DNA from: Eledone cirrhosa
Taxonomy: Eukaryota
DNA length: 64,000 bases
Direction: 5' to 3'
Assembly (NCBI GenBank): GCA_964016885.1
Contig: OZ024743.1
Coordinates: 320,726,001 to 320,790,000 of the forward strand
The position numbers and the translations under genes were made by a program. Positions within the stretch are counted from its first letter, which is position 1. Each line of letters begins with the position of its first letter. Shown in pieces: positions 25,077 through 37,700 of the stretch. The notes under the pieces were generated by a model. It was given only the letters and a program-made list of their open reading frames with translations. It did not search any database and had not been told where the DNA came from.

Positions 25077-25126
<50 letters not shown>

Positions 25127-25127
<1 letters not shown>

Positions 25128-28100
25128 TGTTTCTATTTGTTGCCACGAGGGCGCAAAAGAAGGGGACAAATACAAATGGGTGAGTTTACACAAAAGAACG
25201 ATTAAAAAAAAAAGAAAATAACAAATATAAAATCAACAATAAAGTCCTCAATAGGGAGGAGGCGTTTTGGGGGGTCGCACCGAAAACGCCTCCTCCCTAT
25301 TGAGGACTTTATTGTTAATTTTATATTTGTTATTTTTTTTTTTGAAAAGTGTGCAACGCTTCTCCTCAGGAGCACAGAGAGATGGTTCTCCCTTGTTCTT
25401 CCATCTTTTTTACCTACAGGCAGATATAGAGAGAAGGCCCATTCACACGGGCCATTCTCGCCACTTTCACCGACCTTTCATAAAACTGGCTGGGGTGGAG
25501 CACCTCTCTCTCCACCTGATTCTTCTTCCGAAATGATATCGGAAGAAAAGGACCAGTTGTTAGCCAGAGAGTAAATGTCTCTGGCCTCAGTCATTTCATA
25601 CGCGTCCACCATACAACCTCTTTCACCATGGCTATTACGCACAGAAACACCGCCTCTCCTTCATTTTTGAAGGGCGGAGGCGGCTTGATCGTTATAATGG
25701 ATTCGGTAGTCAACCGGATAGGTCCCACCCGTGACAGGAGTCGTTCGACATAGCCCAACAGATCGGTGACGCCCGAGCAGTGTACCAATGCATGCGCAAC
25801 GGTTTCCTTGTCGCGCACGCATCTGGGACTGATCTTTTTCGAGGGGTCCCTACCCGTGAGCCCGTGTGTGTAGAGTTTTTCTGGAACGGGCAGAGCCCCT
25901 CGGTAGCACTGCCAGGCCAGGGACCTCTGGAAGTTGTCCATGGGTCCCGGGCTAAATGTCCTACCGAACAGGCTGGCCAGTTCGTCTTCCTCCATGCCTA
26001 GGGCTTCTCCGAGATCGCGTCGCACCTGCTGCGTACCAGCCCTCTATAGAATGTCGAGGTGGATTCTCCACTGATAGCCGGGTCCACCTGCCAGAGAGCC
26101 GTGAGCGCCTGGCAACACTCGGTGTGCCAGGAGCCCAGTTTTCTCGGTCTTTGCTTGACCCAGGATTGCAGCTCGGTGAGTGAGACGAGTCTCGGAAAGG
26201 TTAGTCTCACAAACGGGGTCCACACCGGTTGACCGGTGAGGAATACCTGGAGGTGCCGCAGCCTTAATGCGTGTTTACGCATCACCAGCCACGGCATCCC
26301 CAGCCCTCCTTTCGAAGGGTGTTGAACGCAGATGGATCTCCTCACCAAAGGGGCCCGCTTCTTCCAAAGGAATTGGAAGAGTGCGCGCTCCATTTTGGTG
26401 AGCGTTTCCTTTGGGCAAGGCAAGACGGTCAGGCGGTAGTAGATGACAGACGCTATATAAGTCTTCGCCACCTCCGCCCGACCTTTCATGGATAGTTTGC
26501 ACTCGGCCCACTTCTGGGTTAGTGCAAACACCCTGTCGTTACCTCACCCCAGTTCTTCTCCACTTGGAGGTCGGGTCCGAACCAGAACCCGAGCAACTTC
26601 ACCGGGCCCTCAGTCCAGCGTCCGACGACGCAATCGGAGGGCATCGATTTACTCCTCAACGTGCCGAGTTGCAACCCGATCGACTTGTTCCGGTTCCGCT
26701 TAGCCCCTGTAAACCTTTCGTACTCCTCCAGTAAGGTGCCGGTCGCCCCGATTTCCGAGGCGGTCGACACCAATACTGTTACGTCAACGGCGTAAGCCGA
26801 CGCGGCTTTCCGCAATCCCGGTTCCAAAGGGATGCCCTGCAACAACTCCAACTTCTGCAGCGGTGGCTCGAGGGCCAATACATACAGAAGGGAGGAGAGA
26901 GGGCACCCTTGTCGGATGGACCGCGCGATTTCGAACGGCTCCGAGAGGTAGCCGTTCACCTTGACTCTAGAGCAGATGCGGCTGCTGTGCATGGCAGTGA
27001 TACAGCCCTTAAAAACGGGTCCGAAACCTGCCGCCACTAGCACCGCATCCAGGTATCTATGATCGACTCTATCGAACGCCTTAGATTGATCCGAGTTGAT
27101 CAGGGCCCCACCAAAGCCGGGTTCGTTCCCAACACTCTATAATGTATCGCATAAGGTGGAGGTTGTCGTGGATGGACCTGGACGGGAAAGCATATGTCTG
27201 CGCATCTCCCACCAGGTTGCCCACGACAAGCGCCAATCTCTTTGCTAACACCTTGGCCAAAATCTTTAACTCTGCATTTAGCAGAGTTATGGGCCTGAAA
27301 TTACTATTCGTCCCCTTGTTCTCGTCCTTCCTCACTAGCGAAACTACGCCCTTGGTCACAGAAGAGGGAATTCTCCCGTTCTGTTGCCAGTTGCAGTAGA
27401 CCGCCTCGAGGGGATCGGGGAACAAGTCCGTCATAGCTAGATATAGTTCGTATGGAAAACCATCGAGACCCGGAGATTTGCGTTTTCCGCATCGGCTCAG
27501 CACGTCCCCTATCTCAGCAGCTGAAATCGGCCCCTCGCAGGACTTCACCTCCTCGTCCGAAAGACGCGGCAAGCCTTCGAGGTATGGACCGATGTCCACA
27601 TCCCCATCCGGCCCCCTCCCCTCCCAAACAATCGGGCAAAGTGCCTTTGAAGGGCCTCACACATCTGCTTAGGTTCAAGGATCACCCGTCCATCCTGGTC
27701 TCGCAAAGACCGGATAGTGAATCTAATCCCTCTTTTGGTTTCTGTCACGCGGGCCCAACTAACAGCTTTGGTCCCCTCGTTTCCTAGAGCACGTATTTTG
27801 CTTCGGACAACGCAGCCTTCGTGCTTCGCGTCAAAGAACTGGCCCAAGGCCGTTCCCGACGCTAGCACTCTGGCCACGTCGCCGCTTCTAATTGCCTCTT
27901 CTACACTATCTACCAACTCCCTTTCCTTCCTATTTCTATCTGAGGCTAACTCCTTACTAAATCCTATTGAAACTACTCTAATCTCTCTTTTGAGAGATCC
28001 CCACCACCTGCTGTTGACAATCGCTCCCGTCAACCGCTCTTTAACTGAAGTACTAATCCGGTCCCTGTACACTTTACTTGCCGGTAAGGACAAGTTCAGT

Positions 28101-29704
28101 TTCCAGTAACCGGGTCCCTGTCTATGGGTTCTATCAAGGTTGAGTATGCAAGTTACTAATTTGTGATCCGAATAGCCAACCATGAGCATCTTTAGACAGC
28201 TTAAAATTATCCTTATTTCTAACTAGGACCCTATCTAGGTACGACCTAGATGATCCGCTGCAGTTTGCCCAAGTCAAGGTTGGCGCAGTCGGGAATATTT
28301 TTAGGAGGACCCGGTTAATGGGTCCGACGCAGGGCGGGGGGCACGTCCTCTTTAAAATTGTCCTTTAAAGCTTTGTATATGTCCTCTGGGACTTTTATCA
28401 TTTTGAGGTGGGGGGAATCCCCTGCCTGGGTGAAGTTAGGCCCTTCGGTTTTTACCAAATTGTTATTATAAATAATGTTCAACAGTTTTTTGTTTCTTGT
28501 GTTTATGTATGTGTATGCATATTTTTGTTTTTGTGTGGTGTATTTTGTTTGCTGTTGTTGTGTGTTCTTTTGTGTTGATGTCTGTGTTATATTTTGAGGA
28601 GGGATTGTTTTTATTTGTGTGTCTGAGGTATGTTTTCTTTTCATTCCTTTAACCTTTTGGAAATGCTCCCCCTCGTCTGACGACGAATGCGGATCGTCTT
28701 CCGTGTTGGAGGGTGGGGTAAATTTTCGGGTAGTGTTTGTGGTGCGGATGTTTTGGAAATTGTTTTTTTGAGTGCGTGTGTGTGGGGGGAAGGGGGTGGA
28801 CAGTGTTTTGTTTTGTGTTAACTTGTGGTTGTTGTTTTTGTAGTGGTCGTGGTGGTGATTGTGTTGGTTGTGTAGTTGTTGGTGGTGTGGGCAGAATTGG
28901 AGTTTTCTTTTTAAGTTGAGGACAGACAGCCTTCAGGTGACCTCTGGTTCCACAGATGTAACACGAGGGCCGCCTACCCTCAACGGTAATGTTTATAAAA
29001 GTTCGGTCATCCAGTATGACGCGTTCGGGCATCTGGGCGATCCTTTTGGGCCTCATTTGAACTAAAAGTTCGAGGCCCGTTCCACTGAACGCGTCACCCG
29101 ATGCCTTTCCCATGGATATTAATATGTCATCGTTCAGGTCAAGAAAACCTGTCAACACCCACCATATGTCCATAGTTGGAAGAATTGTGTGTATTTTTAT
29201 TTTCTGTGACCTTCTACCCATGTACGTAGGGTAGAAGGTGTATGCGGTGGATGTAATAGGTTTACCGAAAATTTTTTGACGTGTCCTGATCCTTCATGAG
29301 AATGGATAGACTCCCATAGAGTCTATCCTTTTGTATGAACAGAATGTCTTACATTACATCTTTTAAGACCAGCTCTATCTCACGATGTGATGGTTGAGCT
29401 GGTTTTTTCGTTTTATTTAACACTGTTCTAAACATCACTGTGTTTAGGAGTCTCTGACTTTTTAGTTCCGGGTGTGGGGGGGGGGTCGAAAATGAACCAT
29501 TTTCCCCGTATACTATGTATTTTTTGGCTTCTGCAGTAGCTCCTTAGCGTTGCTTATGTCTACTGGCAGGTATTCAAGGGTTGTTTTCGCAGTTTGGGCA
29601 AAGGAAATCTTTTCCTTGTTCGTGGAGTTGTTCGTGTTGCTGTTGTTGTTGGTGGTGTTGTTGTTATCATTGTTGCTGTTGCTCTTGTTCTTTTTGTTGT
29701 CATT

Positions 29705-29769
<65 letters not shown>

Positions 29770-30177
29770 CCTAGTTGGTGTTGTTTATATTGTGCATGTT
29801 ATTGGTGTTTGTGTTAGTGTTGATGTTACAATCAACGTTCGACATCGTGTTTTCAAAACTGACGACATTTTCGACGTTTTTCAATGAGGTGGTGAGAGGA
29901 GATGAGTGCGAGCTTAACACTCTTACCACTCTCCACCACTTCTAGTACTGGACGCAGTGTCCATGACTGAATGCAACATTACAATTTTTTTTGTTCACCG
30001 CAGAAATGTTTTCAAACGAAAATTTCACCCCAGGGAGGGGTGAAGATGAGTTGACCCACCGTCTGAAAGTCCAGACGTGCGGTCGAGCTATAAAATAGTC
30101 TCAAATTTAACAATAATTTTTTTATTTCTTACTTAGAAAATCAACAAAAAGTTACCAGCGAATTGGCACACGTCTAT
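25127..30177 (-). mobile_element. Tx1 copy C, diverged subfamily, with an ORF1-end/APE deletion
   Basis: Homologous ORF1 (CYICGTRGHLKAVC) and ORF2 fragments (YAVD for YADD); same 5' agacgtgtg motif and (ATCT)n tail. Confidence 0.92.
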
Positions 30178-30212
30178 CGAGGGAGATAGATTGATAGATA
30201 GATAGATAGATA

Positions 30213-33200
30213 TATTTCTTTATTAGCCACAGGGGCACAAAAGAAGGGGACAAATACAAAGGGGGAAGTTTACATACAATAAAAACGTGTAAAATGTTAT
30301 CACAGATGGAATTTAAAAGTTAGTCGATTTTCCCCAATAGAGGGAGACAGTTTATATGGGTAACACATACCCCCGAAAAAAATGTGCAACCCTCATCTCC
30401 AGGAGTACGAAGAGCTTGTACTCCCTTCCTCTCCTCCTCCTTTTCCTCAACCTACAGGCTGATATAGAGAGAAGGCCCATTCACTCGGGCCATTCTCGCC
30501 ACTTTCACCCACCTTTCATAAAACTTGCTGGGGTACAGCACCTCTCTCTCCATCCTGATTCTTCTTCCAAAGTGGTATTTGAAAAAAAGAATCAGTTGTT
30601 GGCCGGAGAGAAAGGTGTCTGACCTCAGCCCTTTCAACCTTGTCCACCATACAACCTCTTTCGCCATAGCTATCACACAAAGGAAAACCGCCTCTCCTTC
30701 GTTTTTGAAGGAGGGTGGCGGTTTGATCATGACAATGGACTCGGTGGTCAACCGGATAGGTGTCACCCGCGACAATAGTCATTCTACATAGCCCCACAGG
30801 TCGGTAAGGCCCGGGCAGTGTATGAATGCGGGCGCGACGGTTTCTTCGTCTCGCACGCATCTCGGACGGATCTTTTTCGAAGGGTCCCTGCCCGGGCGCC
30901 CATGTCTGTAGAGCTTGTGACGAACAGGTAGAGCTCCTCGGTAGCACTGCCAGGCCAGGGACTTTTGGAAGTTGTCTATCGGTCCCGGGCGGAAGGTCCT
31001 ACCGAACAGACTGGCCAGTTCATCTTCCTCTTAGCCTAGAGTTTCACCGAGCGCGTCGTCGCACTTGCTGCGGATCAACCCTCTATAGAATGACGAAGTG
31101 GAGTCTCCACTGATCTCCGGGTCCGCCTGCCAGAGGGCTGTGAGCGCCTGAGCACATTCGATGTGCCAGTCGCCCCTTTTCCTCGGTCTTTGCTTGACCC
31201 AGGACTGCAGCTCGGTCAGCGAGACTAGTCTTGGGAAGGCTCGCCTCACAAACGGGGCCCACACAGGTTGTCCGGTGAGGAATACGTAGAGATGCCGCAG
31301 CCTGAGTGCGCGTTTGCGCATCATCAGCCACGTCATCCCCAGGCCTCCGTTGGAAGGGTGTTTCCAGCAGGTGGATCTTCTCACCAAAGGATCCCGCTTC
31401 TTCCAAAGGAATTGGAAGAGCGCGCGCTCCATTTTGGTGAGACTTTTGGCTGGACAAGGCACGACGGTCAAGCGGTAGTAGATGACGGACGCTATAAAAG
31501 TGTTCGCCACCTCTGCACTGAGTGAGTGCAAACACCTTGGCCGTCACCTCGTTCCAGTTTTTCTCCACCTGGAGGTCCGGACCAAACCAGAACCCGAGCA
31601 GCTTTACCGGCCCTTCCGTCCAGCGTCCAACGATGCCATCGGAAGGCATCGGTTTTGCCTCCCCACGATCCGAGTTGCAAACCGACGGACGCGTATGCAC
31701 CTGGTGGGGATTGCGCATGTCTGCGCTTCTCCCACCAGGTTTTCGACGACAAGCGCCAGCCTCTTTGCCAACACCTTGGCCAAAATCTGTAACTCTGTTT
31801 TTAGCAGAGTTATGGGCCGGAAGTTGCCTATGTCATCCCTCTTATTCTCGACTTTCCTGGCTAGTGTGACTACGTCCCTGGTCACAGAACTCGGAATTCT
31901 CCCGTGCTGCTGCCAGTTGCAGGAGACTGGAGAACAAGTCCGGTATTGCTACGTAAAATTCGTAGGGTAGACCGTCGAGAACTGGAGATTTGCGCTTGCC
32001 GTCGGAGAGTCGCGGTAGGCTGTCGTGGTATGGACCGAAATCCATAGCCCCTCTCTGCGCGCTGCCCTGCCCGAACAGCTGAGCAAAGTGCCGCTTAAAG
32101 GCCGCGCACATCTGCTTCGGCTCACGTATCACGCGTCCGTGTTGGTCCTTCAAAGACCGAATCGTGGACTTGTTGCCACTTTTCGCCTCCGTCACTCGGG
32201 CCCAGTTAACAGCTTTGGCTCCCTCGTTTCCCAGAGCACGTATTTTGCTTCTGACAACGCAGCCCTTGTGCTTTGCGTCGAAGAACTGGTCCAAGGCCGT
32301 TCTCGTTGCTATCACGCTGGCTACGTTGCCACTTCTAATTGTCTCTTCTACTTTATCTACCTGTTCCTTCTCGGTTCTATTTCTATCTAACGCTAATTCT
32401 TTACTAAAAACTATCGAGTCTAATCTAACTGCCCTCTTGAGAGAGTACCACCATCTGGTGTTGACAATGGCCCCTGTCAAGTGTTCTTTAACTAAAGTGC
32501 TAATCCGTCTACTGTAGGCTTTGCATGTCGGCAAGGACAAGTTCAGCTTCCAGTAGTCGGGTCCTTGTCTATGGGTTCTATCAAGGTTGACCATGCAGGT
32601 CACTAGTTTGTGATCTGAATAGGCAACCATGAACATTTGTGGACAGCTTAACATGTCCCTATCCCTATTTCTAACTAGAACCCTATCTAGGTACGATCTA
32701 GATGTTCCGCTACGATTAGTCCACGTCCACAGTGGCACAGTCGGAAAATTTAGTCGATATCTATCGGCCAGGTCAAATCGGCCGATTAACTGTTTGAGGC
32801 TGTTACCCCCCCCCCCCCCCTTTATTGGGACATGCTCCCACATAGTCCCAACGTGCATCTAGGATTCCATTCTAGTCCCCCACTAAAAGCAAGGAGCGGG
32901 ACGTTCCCAGAAAAGTCTCTAGACGATTGAAGAAGTCTGGACGCGGTGTCCCGGATGGGGCATATGCGGCCACCAGCCTGAAGGCTCCACCTTCACCACT
33001 GTCAACGTCTAGGACCACCAGTCGAGCCTCCAGGTCCAGATGTACCGTCTGTGTTACGAGGTCCAGGTGTTTCAGCAGCAAAACGGCAACCCCGCCTCCA
33101 CCTCCCGGCTGACAGAGAGATGCGTAGATCTCAAAGTCATCGAAGATGGGGGCCAGATGTCGCTCGCTGTGGATCCTGGACTCGCAAATGGCTACTACAT

Positions 33201-33661
33201 CCATAGTGTGCGACCTGAGATCGTTTAAGAGTTTGCCCTGTTTCCAGGACATCCCCAGGCCGCGTACGTTCACACATCCAACTCTTATGTTGGCCATGTT
33301 GGTGCTGAAAAGTTAAAAGAAGAGGAAAGAAATCACTCACTTCTTCGTCTCCTGGAGACCAGGCTGCACGATTTCCATGGGGGTGTTGGAGGGGTTGTCT
33401 GGGTGGGTGGTGGTTTCCGGCGGGGTGAGGACAGAGATGTTTCGTGGGGGGGGGGGGTCTGGTGGGATAGGGGTGTCTGGGGGGGGGGTCTGAGGTGGGG
33501 AGACATTTGAGAAGGACGCGGTTAAGTGGTTTAATGCAAGAATTCCCCACATCCTTTTCAAATGTTTCTTTTAGGGACCTATAAGTTTGTATAGGGACCC
33601 TAATCAGTTTTAGGTTCAGTTTTTTGTTATTTTTAATAGAGTGGGTGAAAGTTTTCCCTTC
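30213..33661 (-). mobile_element. Tx1 copy D, 5'-truncated with internal deletions
   Basis: 3' UTR nearly identical to A; RT deletion junction near 31690; begins within ORF1 3' part. Confidence 0.92.
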
Positions 33662-33669
33662 AAAGGTTA

Positions 33670-34305
33670 CTTATTACTAATTATATCTAATGTTTCTTCT
33701 CTCTTCATAATGTACTTTATAGCTCTGATACTGAATCAGTCTAATCCATTCGGATAGTTCTGTCCCAGTTATTCATAGAGCAACATCGGTTAAGGTTGGC
33801 ACCACTAACACAGGGATATGTGTGGATATATTCAATGTATATATATGTGTCCGCATGTATCTGTGTGTTTCTCTCTATATATTGTTTATAACTCCCTTTG
33901 GTCGAGTAACCTTTGAAGTGTAGTGACTGCTGGATAGCTACCATTACTCATACTTCTCGCCTTCTCAAACCACCTCTTCTACGGCTTTGATATGAATACC
34001 CTCTCCGCCTCCGTGGTATTTAGGGTTATAAGGGGCTTAGCTCTGTTTCTTGACCGCTGTATCACGTTATTGACTCTCCCTCCGCCTTTTCGAGATTCTA
34101 TCTCGCGCATTGCAGACGTGTTTTGAAATCCTTAATGAGATATCCCCTTGATAAGTCGGCAGAACCTCACAAAAACTCTATATCTCTATGATCTAGTGTT
34201 TTTACATAATATGCCACCAAACTACGTAGTCGGGGACTGAAGAACCAGCTAGGTATGATATATCTTATTACTAATTATATCTAATGTTTCTTCTCTCTTC
34301 ATAAT

Positions 34306-34310
<5 letters not shown>
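33670..34310. repeat. ~46-bp direct repeats about 594 bp apart (possible pLTR-type unit)
   Basis: cttattactaattatatctaatgtttcttctctcttcataatgtact at about 33670 and 34264. Confidence 0.7.
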
Positions 34311-34399
<89 letters not shown>

Positions 34400-34713
34400 A
34401 AGATCGGAATTAAGAGTATTCCACAATTCACTGTAATAATAATAATAGTATTAGCTCAAAGAAGAATAGAGAATTTTCTTCTGAGCTCAAATGCAAATAT
34501 CTTACACAAAGAGAAGTGTGTTACACAGTGAGATGTGTGTAAAGAATTATTACAAGTGAGTTTTACCGTTACTGTATAGAGAACAATATCTACAGGTTTT
34601 GCAATTAAATAGAAAAAAACTAAGTCAGAATCAAATCTCTGAATTAGAGTTTTAAATTACCAATCTTATAACTATAAGTTTGCTGATACGAATCTCAAAC
34701 GCCAATATATATA

Positions 34714-37700
34714 TATAAGGAAAATAAATCGAAAATGCAACTGGAATCTTTTTAAGAATATTTATTTGTTTCCTTTACCGGTTTCACAGTTCTTATGCTT
34801 TTCAAAAGTAGAATTGGGATGGAGGGTTTGTGGTTTTTCTCAGATGTTACTTCTGTTTTATGTGGAAAAAAGTGACTGGAATTGCTAGTTTTCTTTCTTA
34901 TAATTTGGTTGGTTGATGACTGTCACGTGAATAAGAACATCAACTTTCGCGCCAGTCGCGTTTGAGGGTTCTTTAGTGTCATTTTCACTTTAAAAAAGTG
35001 GCTCAAATTGTTGTTTTTATAAGTGTAATTTGATTGGTTGATGACTGCCACGTGAATAAGTATATTAAATTTCGTTTCAAACAAAATATAATATACAAGA
35101 AAATGGAAGAGGAGAAAACGTTCAGTGAGCATGGCTAATGTGCTGAGGTATCAAAATTCAGACTTTCTATTGAAATAAATTGAATGTTTGTGTCGTTAGC
35201 GGTGGTTGTGGCGGTAGAGTAGAAAATAGAGATATATATTTTTATTTGTGTGCGGATGTGTGTTTGTGTGTATGTATGTGTGTAATGAGTGTGTGTGTGT
35301 ATGTGTGTATGTGTAGGAAAATGATTCTATTAGTAGAAATGGAGAAAGATGTTATGTTTGTGTGTGTATGTGTGTGGTATGGTGAGCATGTTAAGGTGTA
35401 AAAATATTATCGTATGTTGAAGTATATTCAGCTCTTGTCCTTTATTTTCGAATATAAAATAGGGTGTTATGTGTGTGTATGTATGTGTCTGTGTGGATGG
35501 TTAGCATGTTATGGTGTTAATATATTAATGTATATTAAACCATATTTAATTCTGGTCTATATTTTTGAATAAACATATTTTCCTTATTTACTCGTATTTG
35601 GTCTTTTGTATTGTCATTGCAAAGATAGAGTGGGAAGACTTGGAATTTTGGTGTCTTATCTCTTGCGCATATGTCTAGATGTACACTGAGTGGTCTTGAG
35701 GTATAGTCTCATAATTGTTGACGATGAATTGTCATTCTGTTTCTGAGCATGACTTTAGTTTGACCTATATAATCTTCATTGCATCCTTTACATTTAATGG
35801 CATAAAGTAAATGTTTTGATGTGCAAGTGAAGTGATTTTTTACAACAAAATGTTGTCCTGATTGAAATGTATACATGGTGCCTTCGATGAGGAGAGTACA
35901 AGTTCCGTAATTAGAGGGATCACACTTTTTGACAGTTGGTTGAGGAGTTGTGGTGGGTAATTTGGCATTGGTGAGTAATGTTTTTTAGTGATTTAGGCTG
36001 TCTTTTGCTTTCGATTATGTTGTATTTCAGGTGCTTTTTTTCATTCTTGGGTCTTGTTTCAATAGTGGGATGTTCTTGTGAATAATTTTATATGCTTCCG
36101 TATTTCTTGGGTTGTGTGTTGAGATATATGATAGAATGTTGGACGTACCTTGAATTTGTTTTTGTTTTCGTAATTCATCAATGACTATTGCTTTAGCCCT
36201 TTCTATTCTCTTATCTGTTAGTAACGGTGGGTACCGTCTTTCGAGCAGAATTTCCTTTAATTCTTGAAGTCTTTTATTTCGCGTTTCATAATTGGAGACA
36301 ATTGTGCAAATTCTTCTTGCTATATTAAAAGGGGCGTTCGTCTTCGTGTGCTTTGGATGGCTGGAGGTGAATAGCAGGTATTGTTTGGAATCTGTTAGAT
36401 TTTAATGGATGTCAGTTTCAATATTTGTGTCTTTTTTATGATTAAGATGTCCAGAAATGGGAGTTGGTCTTGACTGTATTCCATTGCGAATTGGATGTGG
36501 TTATTGATGCTGTTAATTAAATTTTTGGAATCATTTAGTTGGTCGAGTGTGTGAGACCATAGAATAAGACAGTCATCCAAGTTGCGTTTCCAATTCTGTG
36601 ATAAATATTTGTGGAAGTTCAAGACGTATTTTGATTTGGAATGTTCATATATATGAACTTACAAGTATGCCATGACTAAGTTAGCGTAAGTTGGAACGAA
36701 TTTTGTACCCATCGCAGCCCCCGATATTTGTTTGTAAATGCTGCCATCAAAATCAAAAAAGTTGTTCTGTAAAATAAATTTTAATCCCTCGGTGATGAAG
36801 CCTTTTTCTATTCTTTCCGGTATCTCATTGGGGAATTTTTCTAGCCAGAATCCTATTGCTTCTAGTCCGTGTTGGTGTGGGATCGTCGTGTAGAGATTTA
36901 TTACATTGAAAGACACAATAATAGTGTCGTTGCTGACATGTTTAGGGAGGTGGTTTAAGAGGTCCAAGTCGTCTCTTACAAGGCTTAGTATGTGTTTGAG
37001 AATTGGTTTTAGTAGTATGTCTATAAAGTTACTCCTTCTGTGAGTTTCACATTGTGTGTCCGCTACATTTGGTCTTACTTTAAGATCAATGGGGTGCTGT
37101 GTGTTTACACAGGTTGAGGTGGATTCTTTACAGGCATCGTTAATTGTTTTACACTTGTGGATTTTTGGAAGTCCGTAAAGGTTGATGGTTTTGTATTCAA
37201 ATGTGTTACATAATCGCGTTCCTTTTTAGTTCTCTTTCTGGTATTGACAAATGAATGCGTTTAATCTGGTCACCTTTTTTGATTGCTGGTAGTTATTTAC
37301 TTTTTCATAGTAGTTAGTGTCTTGTAAGAGAGAGAATATAGAATGTTTATACTGTTCAGCATCCATAATGATGACAGTACTTCCCTTGTCCGCTTCCTTA
37401 ATTACAATGTCAATATTGTTTTTTTAATGTATGGATAATTTCCCATTCCCTTCGACTAGTGTTGGGTTTGGGTTTAGATTGTGGTAGTTCATGGTATGGG
37501 AAAGTTGATACATGGTTACAACATTTGTCAAGAACTCTGTTCCTGCCCTTTGTTGGGTTGTAGCTGCTTTTATTCAGTACAATTGATTGTTCGTTAGTCT
37601 CCTTATCAAAACATTCCTCTGTTTGACTAATTTTCTACAGAAGTCTGAAATATCATCGTTTATCTCATTGAGGTGTTTGTGTGAATATCAGTCCCTTTGA

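Noticed and set aside
29550-29887. Poly-Cys, poly-Leu and poly-Val ORFs
   Set aside because: Antisense of the (AAC)n Asn tract in ORF1 of copy C
13443-33228. Many recurring plus-strand ORFs over the Tx1 copies
   Set aside because: Antisense shadows of GC-rich ORF2, repeated only because the element is repeated; no motif support
13224-33661. CRISPR-like or LTR interpretation of the repeated blocks
   Set aside because: Units are kb-long LINEs with APE-RT; no repeat-spacer pattern, no LTRs, no integrase
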